Part shown: positions 50,527 to 60,128 of the stretch, piece after piece
Numbering within the stretch: the first letter of the stretch is position 1
Layout of the letters: the number at the start of each line of letters is the position of its first letter
Source of the DNA: a virus
Lineage: Duplodnaviria; Caudoviricetes
Direction: 5' to 3' (one strand)
DNA: 62,215 nt
IMG/VR virus record: IMGVR_UViG_3300020051_001561
Location: 1 to 62,215 of that record
Program-made: the position numbers and the translations under genes
Notes under the pieces: model-generated
Told to the model about the DNA's origin: nothing
The model's database searches: none
What the model saw: only the letters and a program-made list of their open reading frames with translations

Positions 50527-51990
50527 ATGTCAATTTATAAGTCATATTTCAAACGTAACGACACGTTAATCTTCAATTCTTATACCAACACAGGTAGAAA
50601 CCCTGTTGTTGAATTATTCTTTGGTAGGGTTGATAACCTAAACTCACCAAAAGGATACTCTCGTTTTATCTTTGATGTCGACTTAGAAGACTTACAAAAT
50701 AAATTAGCCAATGGTGAAATATCTACAGGGTGTACTGAAGGTATGACTCACACATTAAGAATGACTAATACCTCATCATTCGATGAGGAGTTATTAAATT
50801 CAACGTGGTCTAACGGTAGAAGACGTGCAACTTCATTTGACTTAGTATTATTCCGTATCCCTAAAGTATCAGGTTCTACAGGTGATGTCCAAACATGGGA
50901 CGAAGGTGTAGGTCAAGACTACTACAATTACAATGATGTTATTGAAGGTAACAAAGCATTCTCAGATAGACCAGCAAGTTGGTTCCAAAGAACGACAATT
51001 AAAAATTGGTCACAAGAAGGAATTTACGACAATGAAAATGGTAACCCAATAAGTGGTCTTAACTATGATGGTTTAACAATTGTGGATACTCAACACTTTG
51101 AGTTCGGTAATGAAGATATTGCTTTTGATATGACTGATGAAATCAATGGTATATTAGACGGTACCATTACAGGTGTTTCAGGTTGGGGTGTTGCATTTGT
51201 TCCTGAAGTGGAAAACATCACAGGAATGACTGAGAACTATTCAGTTGGTTTCTTCTCACGTCACACACAAACATTCTACGAGCCTTACTTGGAAACAAAT
51301 TATAACGATTTAATCCAAGATGATAGATACACATTCTATGAAGGTGTTTCTAACAAACTATATCTTTACGCTTACGTAAATGGTAATCCAATTACTTTAG
51401 ACAACGACCCTGTTGTAGATATCATCGACGAGAATGATGATGTAATCTACACATTAACAGGTTGTAGTAGAACTAAGGGTGTTTATGAAATTACTGTTCC
51501 TGCAATTTCTTCAACTAATGTACCTTGTATGTATTACGATTACTGGAGAGAATTAAACTACAACGGTGAGTCAATCACATCTGTTGAAAACGAATTTGTA
51601 CTTCTTAAGAACGAGGATTATTTCACGATAGGTACCAGAACTGAAGAACCATCTATCTATGGTTTTGATTTCAATGGTATCCTACAAAATGAAAAAATTC
51701 TTAATACTGACATTAGAAAAGTCAATGTAACCCTTAAAAAGGCTTACACCGCCAAAGAAGTACTTAAACATGTAGAATGTTTCTACAGAGTTTATGTTAG
51801 AGAAGGTAACATCGAGGTTCAGGTCCAAGATTGGACACAAATCAATAGAACCGCAGACGGTTACTTCTTCGTATTCGACACAACAGATAAGATACCAAAT
51901 GAATATTTTATAGATATCAAGGTGAACACCGACAGGGAAGTTAATACTTATAAAAGAGAACTACAATTCCAAATCGTAAGTAAGAAATGA
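50527..51990 (+). CDS. Hypothetical beta-rich virion protein
   Basis: Late motif at 50506-50513; SRFIFDVD, TWDEGVG, FFSRHTQTFYEPYLE. Confidence 0.6.
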   Translation: MSIYKSYFKRNDTLIFNSYTNTGRNPVVELFFGRVDNLNSPKGYSRFIFDVDLEDLQNKLANGEISTGCTEGMTHTLRMTNTSSFDEELLNSTWSNGRRRATSFDLVLFRIPKVSGSTGDVQTWDEGVGQDYYNYNDVIEGNKAFSDRPASWFQRTTIKNWSQEGIYDNENGNPISGLNYDGLTIVDTQHFEFGNEDIAFDMTDEINGILDGTITGVSGWGVAFVPEVENITGMTENYSVGFFSRHTQTFYEPYLETNYNDLIQDDRYTFYEGVSNKLYLYAYVNGNPITLDNDPVVDIIDENDDVIYTLTGCSRTKGVYEITVPAISSTNVPCMYYDYWRELNYNGESITSVENEFVLLKNEDYFTIGTRTEEPSIYGFDFNGILQNEKILNTDIRKVNVTLKKAYTAKEVLKHVECFYRVYVREGNIEVQVQDWTQINRTADGYFFVFDTTDKIPNEYFIDIKVNTDREVNTYKRELQFQIVSKK

Positions 51991-52250
51991 GAAAGATAAG
52001 AATCACAGAGGAACAACTCGAACAAATCGTTAGACGAGTTATAGACGAAAAGAAAAAGTCTAAGAAGAAAAAAAAGAAAAAGAAGAAAGACACCACCCTA
52101 TGTTCACGTGGTAAAAACGCAGCAAAGGCGAAATATGAGGTTTACCCCTCAGCTTACGCTAACGGATACGCAGTCCAAGTATGTAAAGGTAAGATGCCTG
52201 GTTTGGACGGTGAAAAAAGATGTTCAGGAAAGTATTGTTCGGGTAAGTAA
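51987..52250 (+). CDS. Small basic protein with leader and PSAYA motif
   Basis: MRKIRITEEQLEQIVRRVIDE, poly-Lys, YEVYPSAYANG, 4 Cys. Confidence 0.7.
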   Translation: MRKIRITEEQLEQIVRRVIDEKKKSKKKKKKKKKDTTLCSRGKNAAKAKYEVYPSAYANGYAVQVCKGKMPGLDGEKRCSGKYCSGK

Positions 52251-52287
52251 TTTTTCTTACCTTTGTATTTTGTAAATTATTTGTGTC

Positions 52288-52464
52288 ATGTCATATACCT
52301 ATTCAACCTATCAATTAAAGAAAGGAGATAAAGTACTAATGGAAGTTAGTGCAAGTTGTGTTGAGAGAGCTCAAGATTATTTCTATGAAGAAATGCCTGA
52401 AGCATATAGTTCAGACTATATGGTCACTCCAAAACCATTAAGTGTTACTCCTTCATTAAACTAA
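52288..52464 (+). CDS. Small hypothetical protein, 58 aa (not in ORF track)
   Basis: MSYTYSTYQLKKGDKVLMEVSASCVERAQDYFYEEMPEAYSSDYMVTPKPLSVTPSLN; upstream TACCTTTG (52258-52265) matches the Bacteroidota TAnnTTTG element. Confidence 0.55.
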   Translation: MSYTYSTYQLKKGDKVLMEVSASCVERAQDYFYEEMPEAYSSDYMVTPKPLSVTPSLN

Positions 52465-52992
52465 CGAACGGATTACCCATTCGTAACCCTTTAGACCCCC
52501 ATAAGATAGATAAGTCATGTTGTTCTTATCATTTTGGGGGTTTCTATTTTCTGTGATGTATGGTTTGTCACAAAAAGATTTGATTTCTTCTAATACTTCT
52601 CTTGGAACGTACTGATTTTCCAAAATCATATTGGCTATTTTTGTATCAACACCTGACTTTTTAATTCTATATAAGTTCTTCTTAACCGATTCTCTTACCA
52701 CTTTTGGCACTCTAAACTTATTGAACCCTTCATCGATGGTAATTTTAAGGTCACCAGTACCTTTAATCACCCTGTGATACACCATCTTAGGTATGATATA
52801 AGTTTGTCCCTCTTGCAAGACCTGAGGTAGTTCCTCGTCCATTTGTAACATCCATCCGTTGCTCTGTTCAACAAAAACCTTACGGTCACTTGTATCTCTG
52901 TGCCATACCAACTCCTCAGAGTCCACATTTTCAGTGAATACTCTCTTGAATTTATACTTACTGATATTTTCCTGTTCGTATACCATTACCAA
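52456..52992 (-). CDS. Cupin domain fused to a head-morphogenesis-like module
   Basis: ELVWHRD...YIIPKMVYHRVIKG; C-terminal IKSFC...YLSYGGLKGYEW. Confidence 0.65.
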   Translation of the reverse strand: MVMVYEQENISKYKFKRVFTENVDSEELVWHRDTSDRKVFVEQSNGWMLQMDEELPQVLQEGQTYIIPKMVYHRVIKGTGDLKITIDEGFNKFRVPKVVRESVKKNLYRIKKSGVDTKIANMILENQYVPREVLEEIKSFCDKPYITENRNPQNDKNNMTYLSYGGLKGYEWVIRSLV

Positions 52993-54218
52993 AATCTTCC
53001 AGGTACATTCTTACCAAAATCTTTATGTGCTCTACACGCCCAATAACCTGCCTTAGTTTTGTCTTTCTTCTTCTCACATTGGTGTCTCGCAGCAAAACTC
53101 TTTCTTGCTTCAGGGTCATTCCATTTAGCAGTCATAACAGGGGAACCGTAACTTACCTTTTTGATTTTACCCGTTTTAGGATTACGGACATAAACATACC
53201 ACTTCTTAGGACCACCACTCTTAGGGTCATTAAGTTTAACTTTCTTACCCTTATACTCCGCCTCCGATAAACCAAATATTTTTTTAGCCATAGGATTTAA
53301 GTCTGATGGTTTAATAAGTTTAGCAGGTATGGTTTCTGATTTAGACCTTAATGCTTTTTGTGCTCTATGGTTCCCATCTAATATCCATAGAATTTTACCA
53401 TTTTCGTCCACCATAATTAAAATAGGATATTGAGATGAGACATCCACTTGAGAAATTCGTTCAATTTCCTCAGGATTATTATCCCAATTTAGGACAATAT
53501 CGACCAATTTTTCAGTTGGAAAGTTAATAATTTTAATGTCTTTTGTAAGTTCTAAAATATCTTGAAGAGTAATTCTATCTTCGTCTCTTGACCAAGATGT
53601 TTCTGCCCCTTGCTCATTTACCAATGGGAAATCTAACGGTAATCTCTCACCTTCATAGATAAAGAACTTACCCAAATCACTATCCAACAACTCATTGTCC
53701 AATTCGTTCTCGTAAAGTCCTTTTTTTCTCAACTTCCTTGCTTCATTAATAACATCAAAGTATTTCGGTGAACCTGTTCTAAACACATTCTCACTCAATG
53801 GTATGTTATTATCAATATGGTATTGTAAATCTTCAGAAATAGTTTTTTTCACTTGAATAAATTCCTGTAACACATTCTGAATCAAATTAGGGTCGATAGA
53901 CTCTTTTTTGTAGTTTTTTACTTTGATACGTGTCGGCTTTTGACCTTTACCTGTCTGAGTATCTTTCTTTTCCTTTTCTCTTTTTCTACGACATGCTGAG
54001 TCTTTTTCTGATTGTGACATCTTTCCTGCAACACCAGCTCCTCTACATACAGGGTATCCACCCTCATCGGCATCTTTTCTTCCACAAGGAGGGTGACCCC
54101 CACCTTTCTTCTTCTTACATATATTAACCCACGGACCCTTAGGTTGAGATGAACCTTTCTTTTTCTTCTTCTTTCCGAACCAAACCGCTAAATCCTCACT
54201 TAAAATGTATTTACTCAT
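52986..54218 (-). CDS. Modular basic protein with internal ParB/Srx-like domain
   Basis: N-module WF...WVNI...PCGR...YPVCR; YPILIM...ILDGNHRAQKA; C-module ARKSFAARHQC...AGYWAC. Confidence 0.7.
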   Translation of the reverse strand: MSKYILSEDLAVWFGKKKKKKGSSQPKGPWVNICKKKKGGGHPPCGRKDADEGGYPVCRGAGVAGKMSQSEKDSACRRKREKEKKDTQTGKGQKPTRIKVKNYKKESIDPNLIQNVLQEFIQVKKTISEDLQYHIDNNIPLSENVFRTGSPKYFDVINEARKLRKKGLYENELDNELLDSDLGKFFIYEGERLPLDFPLVNEQGAETSWSRDEDRITLQDILELTKDIKIINFPTEKLVDIVLNWDNNPEEIERISQVDVSSQYPILIMVDENGKILWILDGNHRAQKALRSKSETIPAKLIKPSDLNPMAKKIFGLSEAEYKGKKVKLNDPKSGGPKKWYVYVRNPKTGKIKKVSYGSPVMTAKWNDPEARKSFAARHQCEKKKDKTKAGYWACRAHKDFGKNVPGRFW

Positions 54219-54221
54219 AAC

Positions 54222-54250
54222 TTGACAATCGTATACTTTTGATATACATT
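54222..54250 (+). promoter_or_regulatory. Sigma70-like promoter with nested TAnnTTTG
   Basis: TTGACA-N17-TACATT; TACTTTTG at 54234-54241. Confidence 0.55.
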
Positions 54251-54294
54251 TAATAAATATTCAGAAATAGATAAACAAAACAATATTTCCAAAA

Positions 54295-54636
54295 ATGGCA
54301 AAAACTAAAAAAACCGAAGAAACTAAAGTCACTGAAGAAACAGTAGACCAAGTAACACAAGAAGAAACAACACAAGAAGAAGGTCCTCAACCAATTGGAC
54401 AGTTGTTTAACACAATCAACTACAACAACATGGATGACCTTAATAGTTTCATCTCTAACATGACCCCTGACCAAGGATTATATATCTTGGTTCAAGCAAC
54501 ACGAGCAGCACAAACAAGAGGTGCTTATGGAATGGAAGAAACTGAAACATTATCAAAAGCAATTAGAACATTGACTAATCCTTCTAGTCAGCCTCAGGAA
54601 GCTACTGGCGAACCTGAAGTAAAAACGGAGGAATAA
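54295..54636 (+). CDS. Hypothetical acidic protein
   Basis: A-rich leader; LFNTINY...ETLSKAIRTL core. Confidence 0.7.
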   Translation: MAKTKKTEETKVTEETVDQVTQEETTQEEGPQPIGQLFNTINYNNMDDLNSFISNMTPDQGLYILVQATRAAQTRGAYGMEETETLSKAIRTLTNPSSQPQEATGEPEVKTEE

Positions 54637-54714
54637 TTTTTAGTTTAGTTGGGAATGGGGGGTTTTTACTCCCCATTTTTATGCTCTAAAAAATTTTGCC
54701 TAAAAATTACTGAC

Positions 54715-54888
54715 ATGGACAAAAAAGAAATGAATTCACGTATAATTGAAATTGAAATGATTATACGTAGAGCTATGGCTAAAGGTCACCATCCTTCTGA
54801 CGGTGACGAATTTCAACCCCTTAGAGTAGAAAGGGATATTCTAAAAATGATAGTCTCTCAGGACTATAGACCAAAACCGTGGAAATAA
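54715..54888 (+). CDS. Small hypothetical protein (ATG start likely at 54715)
   Basis: MDKKEMNSRIIEIEMIIRRAM...; follows the hairpin at 54654-54680. Confidence 0.45.
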   Translation: MDKKEMNSRIIEIEMIIRRAMAKGHHPSDGDEFQPLRVERDILKMIVSQDYRPKPWK

Positions 54889-54914
54889 AAAAGGGGACCG
54901 AATGGTCCCCTTCT
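54886..54914. terminator. Intrinsic terminator of the major capsid gene (possibly bidirectional)
   Basis: AAGGGGACC-GAAT-GGTCCCCTT with an A-run on the left; lies between convergent genes. Confidence 0.85.
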
Positions 54915-54934
54915 TGTATCATATAAGATATTGA

Positions 54935-56686
54935 TTATCTCAATTCTCTTAAGTCGAAAGTTCTAACACCATCAACTGTAATCTTACCGTAGAAACGGTT
55001 GTTCACCATCTTCTTAGCGTATCTAGTCATGATACCTTTGATTGGTGTGAAGTTGAATGGGTTATACATTGTAGGTGTCAACTGTAATGGTACGTATGGT
55101 GCGTAAACGTAACCTGTATCCAATAAAGAAGAACCTTTGTGACCTAACAATACAGTGTTTGGTGGGAAGTAAGGGTCACGGTAAACTTGATATCTACCTG
55201 ATAACGTACCTACTCTCTCAATACCCATGTTGTATTGGTCTTGGTCTGGTGCTGCGTTTGATACGTGGAAGTATTCCAAGTCATCAAAGATTGCAGAAAT
55301 TTCAGAAGAAACTACAATCCAGTTAGCACCACCTCTAAGAGTTGATTTGTGAATTTGAGCTGAGATTTGGTTAATCGCAGTAATCAACGTTTGGTTCCAG
55401 TCTTTTTGGTTGTAGTTAACTGAACCGTTAGATACTCTCTTCCATCCGTTGTAGTCCCATCTTAGTGACCATGCCGCACCTTTTCTCAAGTCTCTTAAGA
55501 TTTCACGGTCGATTTCCGCTGCCACTTGCTCAGACAATAAAGCTGTCAATTCAGCTTCAGCGTCGATGTTGTGGAATGCAGAAACGTCTTGTGCAAGTTC
55601 TGGAGACCATTGTGCTCTTAATTTTCTTTCTGTTACAGAAACAGTAACTGCTTCAAGGTCGAAAGATACCTCACCGATTTTATCTTCGAATTCTAAAGTT
55701 TCGTATCTTCTCCATGATGCTGTGAATGTAGCACCTGAAGCAACTGTAGTACCTGTGTAACCGTCTAATGACGTAGAGCCGATAGCTGCTGGAGTTGATA
55801 GGTCTAACTCTAAGTAGATGATACCGTTAGCATCACAGATGTCGTCATACTTACCACCTGGACCTGAACCTGGGAATGGTGCTGCTACTTCTTCACCATA
55901 CTGTACGATACCTTTACCATATTTCTGAGTTACTACTCTGAAGTTATAGTAAACATCATCAGTTGTGTCAAAGTAAGTTTCCAATGAAGCCAAGAAGTCT
56001 TCATTATCCATTTCCTGACCATCAGGACCGATTAATTTACCAGCACCTGCGTTAGAGAAACCTGACAATGCGAACAACAAGCTTCTTACATTAGCAGAAG
56101 CGCCACCCAATACGTCATCCAAAGTAGTTGCTACCAATGCACCTGCATCCCATTTAACTGGAACCAATGTGTCAGTCAATGCTGTGTAAGCACCTTTTGA
56201 GTAGTCAAACAAACCTGCTGGGTCTGAATTTGGAGTTTCTCCTTCGTAGAAACGGTCGTACAAGTTCTTACCACTACCGTAGTTTGAATCTGAAGTAGAT
56301 GGACCGTTAGGTGCACCGAATGGTGCTACGTGTGTACCATCAGAGTTTCTGTTTTGGATTTTAGGTACGAAGTAGAACAATTTACCGATTGGTAAGTTCA
56401 TAGCTTGTACAGATACGATATCGTTAGCCAATAATTTAGAGAATACTCTTCTAACGATAGGAAAGACTACAGTTTCGAATGAACCTGAGTCAGAAGCGTT
56501 TGCTGCTTCGTTGATTAAGTGAGACGCTTGGTTTTCGTATAATTGTGCCACGTTTTCTTTCAAGTGACCTTTCAATCCATCCAAGAAACCTAATTTGTCC
56601 CATTTGTTGATTGTGTCTTCTTTGATAACTTTCAAGTGCTTAAGACCGATGTTACCAACAAGACCTGATTCTAATAATGCTCCCAT
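54935..56686 (-). CDS. gp23: Major capsid protein (T4 gp23-like)
   Basis: PIVRRVF..LLANDIVSVQAMNLPIG, RKLRAQWSPELAQD, AEIDREI, YAPYVPL, IMTRYA. Confidence 0.96.
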   Translation of the reverse strand: MGALLESGLVGNIGLKHLKVIKEDTINKWDKLGFLDGLKGHLKENVAQLYENQASHLINEAANASDSGSFETVVFPIVRRVFSKLLANDIVSVQAMNLPIGKLFYFVPKIQNRNSDGTHVAPFGAPNGPSTSDSNYGSGKNLYDRFYEGETPNSDPAGLFDYSKGAYTALTDTLVPVKWDAGALVATTLDDVLGGASANVRSLLFALSGFSNAGAGKLIGPDGQEMDNEDFLASLETYFDTTDDVYYNFRVVTQKYGKGIVQYGEEVAAPFPGSGPGGKYDDICDANGIIYLELDLSTPAAIGSTSLDGYTGTTVASGATFTASWRRYETLEFEDKIGEVSFDLEAVTVSVTERKLRAQWSPELAQDVSAFHNIDAEAELTALLSEQVAAEIDREILRDLRKGAAWSLRWDYNGWKRVSNGSVNYNQKDWNQTLITAINQISAQIHKSTLRGGANWIVVSSEISAIFDDLEYFHVSNAAPDQDQYNMGIERVGTLSGRYQVYRDPYFPPNTVLLGHKGSSLLDTGYVYAPYVPLQLTPTMYNPFNFTPIKGIMTRYAKKMVNNRFYGKITVDGVRTFDLRELR

Positions 56687-56710
56687 TTTTAGTAATTTTT
56701 AAGTTTTATT

Positions 56711-58108
56711 TTATTTTATTATTTTTGACATCAAATCCTTCATTCTCATGAATTGTGGATTCTCATATGTCTTAGATTCGATAAGATTTGCTGATGAACC
56801 TTTAGATGGAGTCTTACTTACTTTCTCAGTCATAGATTCTGAGATTGTGTTAGCTTCCTTGCTTTCGAATTCTTCTTTCAAAGTCTTATACAAACCTTTT
56901 GATTCTTTCAATGTTTCTACTGAATCGAATCTTCTGAGGATATTGATTTTCTCTTGCTTAGTGGTAGTGTTCTCTGTGAACAAACGTGTAGCGTAAGCCA
57001 AGTTAGAATTGAATACTGCAACCTCGTTCAACTTCTCTTTGAAGATGTTAAGTGCCTTACGGTACTCTTCATTCTTTTCTCTAAGTTGTTGTAACTCTTT
57101 TTCTGTACCTTCACCCAAACGAGCTTTGTTTGGTACTGAATGAGGTCTTGGTAAACCTTTAGATTTGTCAGAAGACGCTTTCTGTCCAGCAGCGTGACTT
57201 CTCACCATACCTTCAACAGCTTCACCTTCAGACTTCTCTTCACGGTCTTTAATGTCATCTTCTAAATCTTCAATATGATATTCATCATTCTTGATATCAG
57301 CTTCATTGTCAGACATTTCTTTCATTTCAGATTCAAATGCTCCGTACTTACCGTCTTCTTCCTCGTGACCATCCACATCTTTTCTGTGGTATTCGTCACC
57401 TTTGTTCATACCGTACTTACCTTCAGCCATTTCCTCTTCTTTATACTCTTCGTCCATATCGTCTTCTTCAGATACTTCGATTTCGTAAACAACTTCATCC
57501 ATATCTTCTTCAGATACTTCCTCAGCCATTTCTTCCTCTTTCTCTTCTGATTCCATTTGGATTTTGTATTCAACGTCAGCTTCTTCGTCTTTGAGTACAA
57601 CATCGTCACCATCTTGAGAGATGATAATTCCGTCTTCTTCACCCATAGCTTTGAAAACCTTTAAGATTTCCTCGTCAGATGCTCCTGTTAAATCAAGAGG
57701 TAAAAGAACTTCTTCTTCATCATCAACTTCCAACTCATCACCAGGTAAGTCCATCATCAACATATCTTCTACGTCTTCCATGTCCATCTCCTCGCCTTCG
57801 TCTTCCATTTCTGAATCTTCATCAGATTCCATGTCCATATCAATGTCCATTTCCTCTTCTCCGTCTTCCATGTCAAGTTCCATTTCTTGTTCAGCCATTT
57901 CTGACCCTTCTTCCATTTTTGAACTTTCTTCCATGTCGACCATTTCAATCTCCTCTTCCTCAGAGAGCGATTCTTTTACTAATTCACTGATTTCTTCCTT
58001 CATTGTAGAAGCAAGTATTCCTTTTGCATTTTCCGTTACGGCTTCTTCCAAATTTTTCATTTGAAGTAGTGCCTCTTCAACTAATGATTTTTTAGTTTCG
58101 TTCGCCAT
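56711..58108 (-). CDS. Prohead core / scaffold protein
   Basis: Extremely E/D/M-rich with C-terminal coiled coil; directly upstream of the capsid gene; many x-x-E sites. Confidence 0.8.
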   Translation of the reverse strand: MANETKKSLVEEALLQMKNLEEAVTENAKGILASTMKEEISELVKESLSEEEEIEMVDMEESSKMEEGSEMAEQEMELDMEDGEEEMDIDMDMESDEDSEMEDEGEEMDMEDVEDMLMMDLPGDELEVDDEEEVLLPLDLTGASDEEILKVFKAMGEEDGIIISQDGDDVVLKDEEADVEYKIQMESEEKEEEMAEEVSEEDMDEVVYEIEVSEEDDMDEEYKEEEMAEGKYGMNKGDEYHRKDVDGHEEEDGKYGAFESEMKEMSDNEADIKNDEYHIEDLEDDIKDREEKSEGEAVEGMVRSHAAGQKASSDKSKGLPRPHSVPNKARLGEGTEKELQQLREKNEEYRKALNIFKEKLNEVAVFNSNLAYATRLFTENTTTKQEKINILRRFDSVETLKESKGLYKTLKEEFESKEANTISESMTEKVSKTPSKGSSANLIESKTYENPQFMRMKDLMSKIIK

Positions 58109-58195
58109 TTTTTACTTTTTGCGCAAATGTTTATTTATTCGTATACTATAAATATTACGAAAACACAAAAAATATCATTTTTGAAATATTAGGGC

Positions 58196-58226
58196 ACAAA
58201 AAAATCGGAAGTCACCCTCCGATTCT
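58196..58226 (-). terminator. Putative terminator after the protease/DUF4494 unit
   Basis: AATCGGA-N8-TCCGATT with a T-run on the minus strand. Confidence 0.55.
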
Positions 58227-58249
58227 TAAATTTTTTGGTTTGGTTTTTG

Positions 58250-58459
58250 TTATTCGTAAACCTCGTCGATTTTACTTTCAGCACATGCGGTGATTCTCCA
58301 ATCATGTGGGAAACCCTCGAATTTCTTAGTGACTTTAGATTCAACTTCTGTTACGTTGTATCCTTTTACAAGTTTCTCTTCTCTGATTTTTTTAATCTTT
58401 CCTGAATTCTCGTCAGGTAGGTCATACTGAATTTTTGCTACGAAATATTTCTCATCCAT
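58250..58459 (-). CDS. DUF4494-like small protein
   Basis: YFVAKIQY...GKIKKIREEKLV...TEVESKV resembles the Bacteroidota DUF4494 N-terminus. Confidence 0.6.
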   Translation of the reverse strand: MDEKYFVAKIQYDLPDENSGKIKKIREEKLVKGYNVTEVESKVTKKFEGFPHDWRITACAESKIDEVYE

Positions 58460-58472
58460 GGTTATAAAATTT

Positions 58473-59192
58473 TTAATTACCTAAATAATCGGATAATCTT
58501 CTCATTAAGTCAATAGATGCACCCATTCCACCATCAATTCTTGCTTCAGGTTCAGGTCTTTTTTCCTCTTCTAAGTTTTCTTCGTACTTACCCTTATCGT
58601 CCTTATTAAGGAAAAGGTATGCACCTGGAGTAGATGGAGACGATACAAGGTCAAAACAAATAAGTTCAAAATCTTCCTGTACTTCGTTTCTTTCACCCTT
58701 CTTAGCTAATGAACCTACACCACGAGAAGATACACCCATAGTAACACCTTGTCTCATTAAGTTTGCGGCTTGGTCACCAGGACACGAAACAACACCACTA
58801 TCATGGAAACCTGGTGAAGTTAATAATTTTAACTTACCCATTAATGTATTACCTTCCCACCACATATCAGTGATAAGATGTGATACACGGTCCAAATCAA
58901 TCAATGATGATTCAGGGTGGTTCAACTCAGAAATGGATAAACCTTTATTGATAGCCCCTTGATATCTTTCGGCTTCTCTTCTTAATATTTTTTCAGGGTA
59001 GACACGACCGTTTCTGTTTGGTGTATCGAATTTTTGTAATACAGCATAAAACTCAAATGGTTTCGAGTGGTCCAACTGACCATACGATTCTTTGATAACT
59101 TCAGCATTACGGCTATCGTGTGGGTTTACATATCCTGCATCCCATTCAATCAATATTCCCTTCCCTGTATCTTGTGGTCCTAAAACTCTCAT
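58473..59192 (-). CDS. gp21: Prohead core protease (T4 gp21-like)
   Basis: NRNGRVYP, ELNHP, GVSSRGVGS, FDLVSSPSTPGA. Confidence 0.93.
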   Translation of the reverse strand: MRVLGPQDTGKGILIEWDAGYVNPHDSRNAEVIKESYGQLDHSKPFEFYAVLQKFDTPNRNGRVYPEKILRREAERYQGAINKGLSISELNHPESSLIDLDRVSHLITDMWWEGNTLMGKLKLLTSPGFHDSGVVSCPGDQAANLMRQGVTMGVSSRGVGSLAKKGERNEVQEDFELICFDLVSSPSTPGAYLFLNKDDKGKYEENLEEEKRPEPEARIDGGMGASIDLMRRLSDYLGN

Positions 59193-59230
59193 ATGAATAA
59201 ATCTTTATTATAAATACTTAGAAATGGGGA

Positions 59231-59629
59231 TTATTCTATAATGATGTCCCACTCACTTATTTCTACACCAATATACTTTGTATATTTTTTATTCATCACT
59301 TCAGCAACTTTGTTATTGATAACATAACCTAATGGTAAATCTTCTCCTGAATAAACGTCTTTGAGGGCCCAAGTCGATGCGAAACCAGTCACGTCTTGTT
59401 CACCATCATAAGTATATAAAATCTTATCAATCATGACCCTGACAGAAATGTCATTATCTTCCATATCACCTTCTAACATTACATTTCTAAAAGTCACTAC
59501 AGTAAAATCCTCATTTACCGTGAAATCAGACGGGTTAATAATATTGTTAAGGTCATCAATGGCGGTGTTAGCCTCACTGATGACCTTTCTTAATTTTTGT
59601 AGTTGTGATTCTGTAATTTTGATTTTCAC
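59231..59629 (-). CDS. Hypothetical protein with ITESQL leader
   Basis: MKIKITESQLQKLRKVISE; TATTTATC 15 nt upstream. Confidence 0.65.
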   Translation of the reverse strand: MKIKITESQLQKLRKVISEANTAIDDLNNIINPSDFTVNEDFTVVTFRNVMLEGDMEDNDISVRVMIDKILYTYDGEQDVTGFASTWALKDVYSGEDLPLGYVINNKVAEVMNKKYTKYIGVEISEWDIIIE

Positions 59630-59640
59630 GAAAAAGGTCT

Positions 59641-60090
59641 TTAAGATAAATATTCTTTCTTTTTCGTTTTGGTCTTAGACAACGTAAAATAATCTGAAGA
59701 CATCAATTCATCTGAATAGATTGATTTACATATTTTCTTTACACGGTCCCTCAAAATAATTGATTTGAAATCCATGTGTTCTTTTACAAATAATGTAACC
59801 TCTAAATTCATGAAAGATTTTTTACCCATTTGAATACCACTCGTTCTTAAGTCTAAATCTACAATATTATGTGTTTCAAAAATTAATGGGTCAACACACT
59901 CTAATAAGTTATGTTTAATGTTGCGATTTAAGTTTCCGTTTATTCTGTTCCAATTGTCACTTTCAACAGTTGGTTCAATCCATGATTGAATTGAAATATA
60001 AATTGATTTTAAGTTTTGTGCATCTACAGTTCCATAACTACACTTAGCGTTTTCGAAAATATTTAATTTCGAACTTTTACCTTTTTTCAT
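59641..60090 (-). CDS. Hypothetical protein (ATG start likely at 60090)
   Basis: MKKGKSSKL...YGTVD...SIYISIQSW...IVDLDLRTSGI; upstream promoter. Confidence 0.7.
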   Translation of the reverse strand: MKKGKSSKLNIFENAKCSYGTVDAQNLKSIYISIQSWIEPTVESDNWNRINGNLNRNIKHNLLECVDPLIFETHNIVDLDLRTSGIQMGKKSFMNLEVTLFVKEHMDFKSIILRDRVKKICKSIYSDELMSSDYFTLSKTKTKKKEYLS

Positions 60091-60128
60091 ATATTCTTCA
60101 TATATCTTCACGTTTATTTGTTGATAAA

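Noticed and set aside
56748-58064. Ser/Phe-rich plus-strand ORFs over the scaffold gene
   Set aside because: Shadows of Glu/Asp-rich codons
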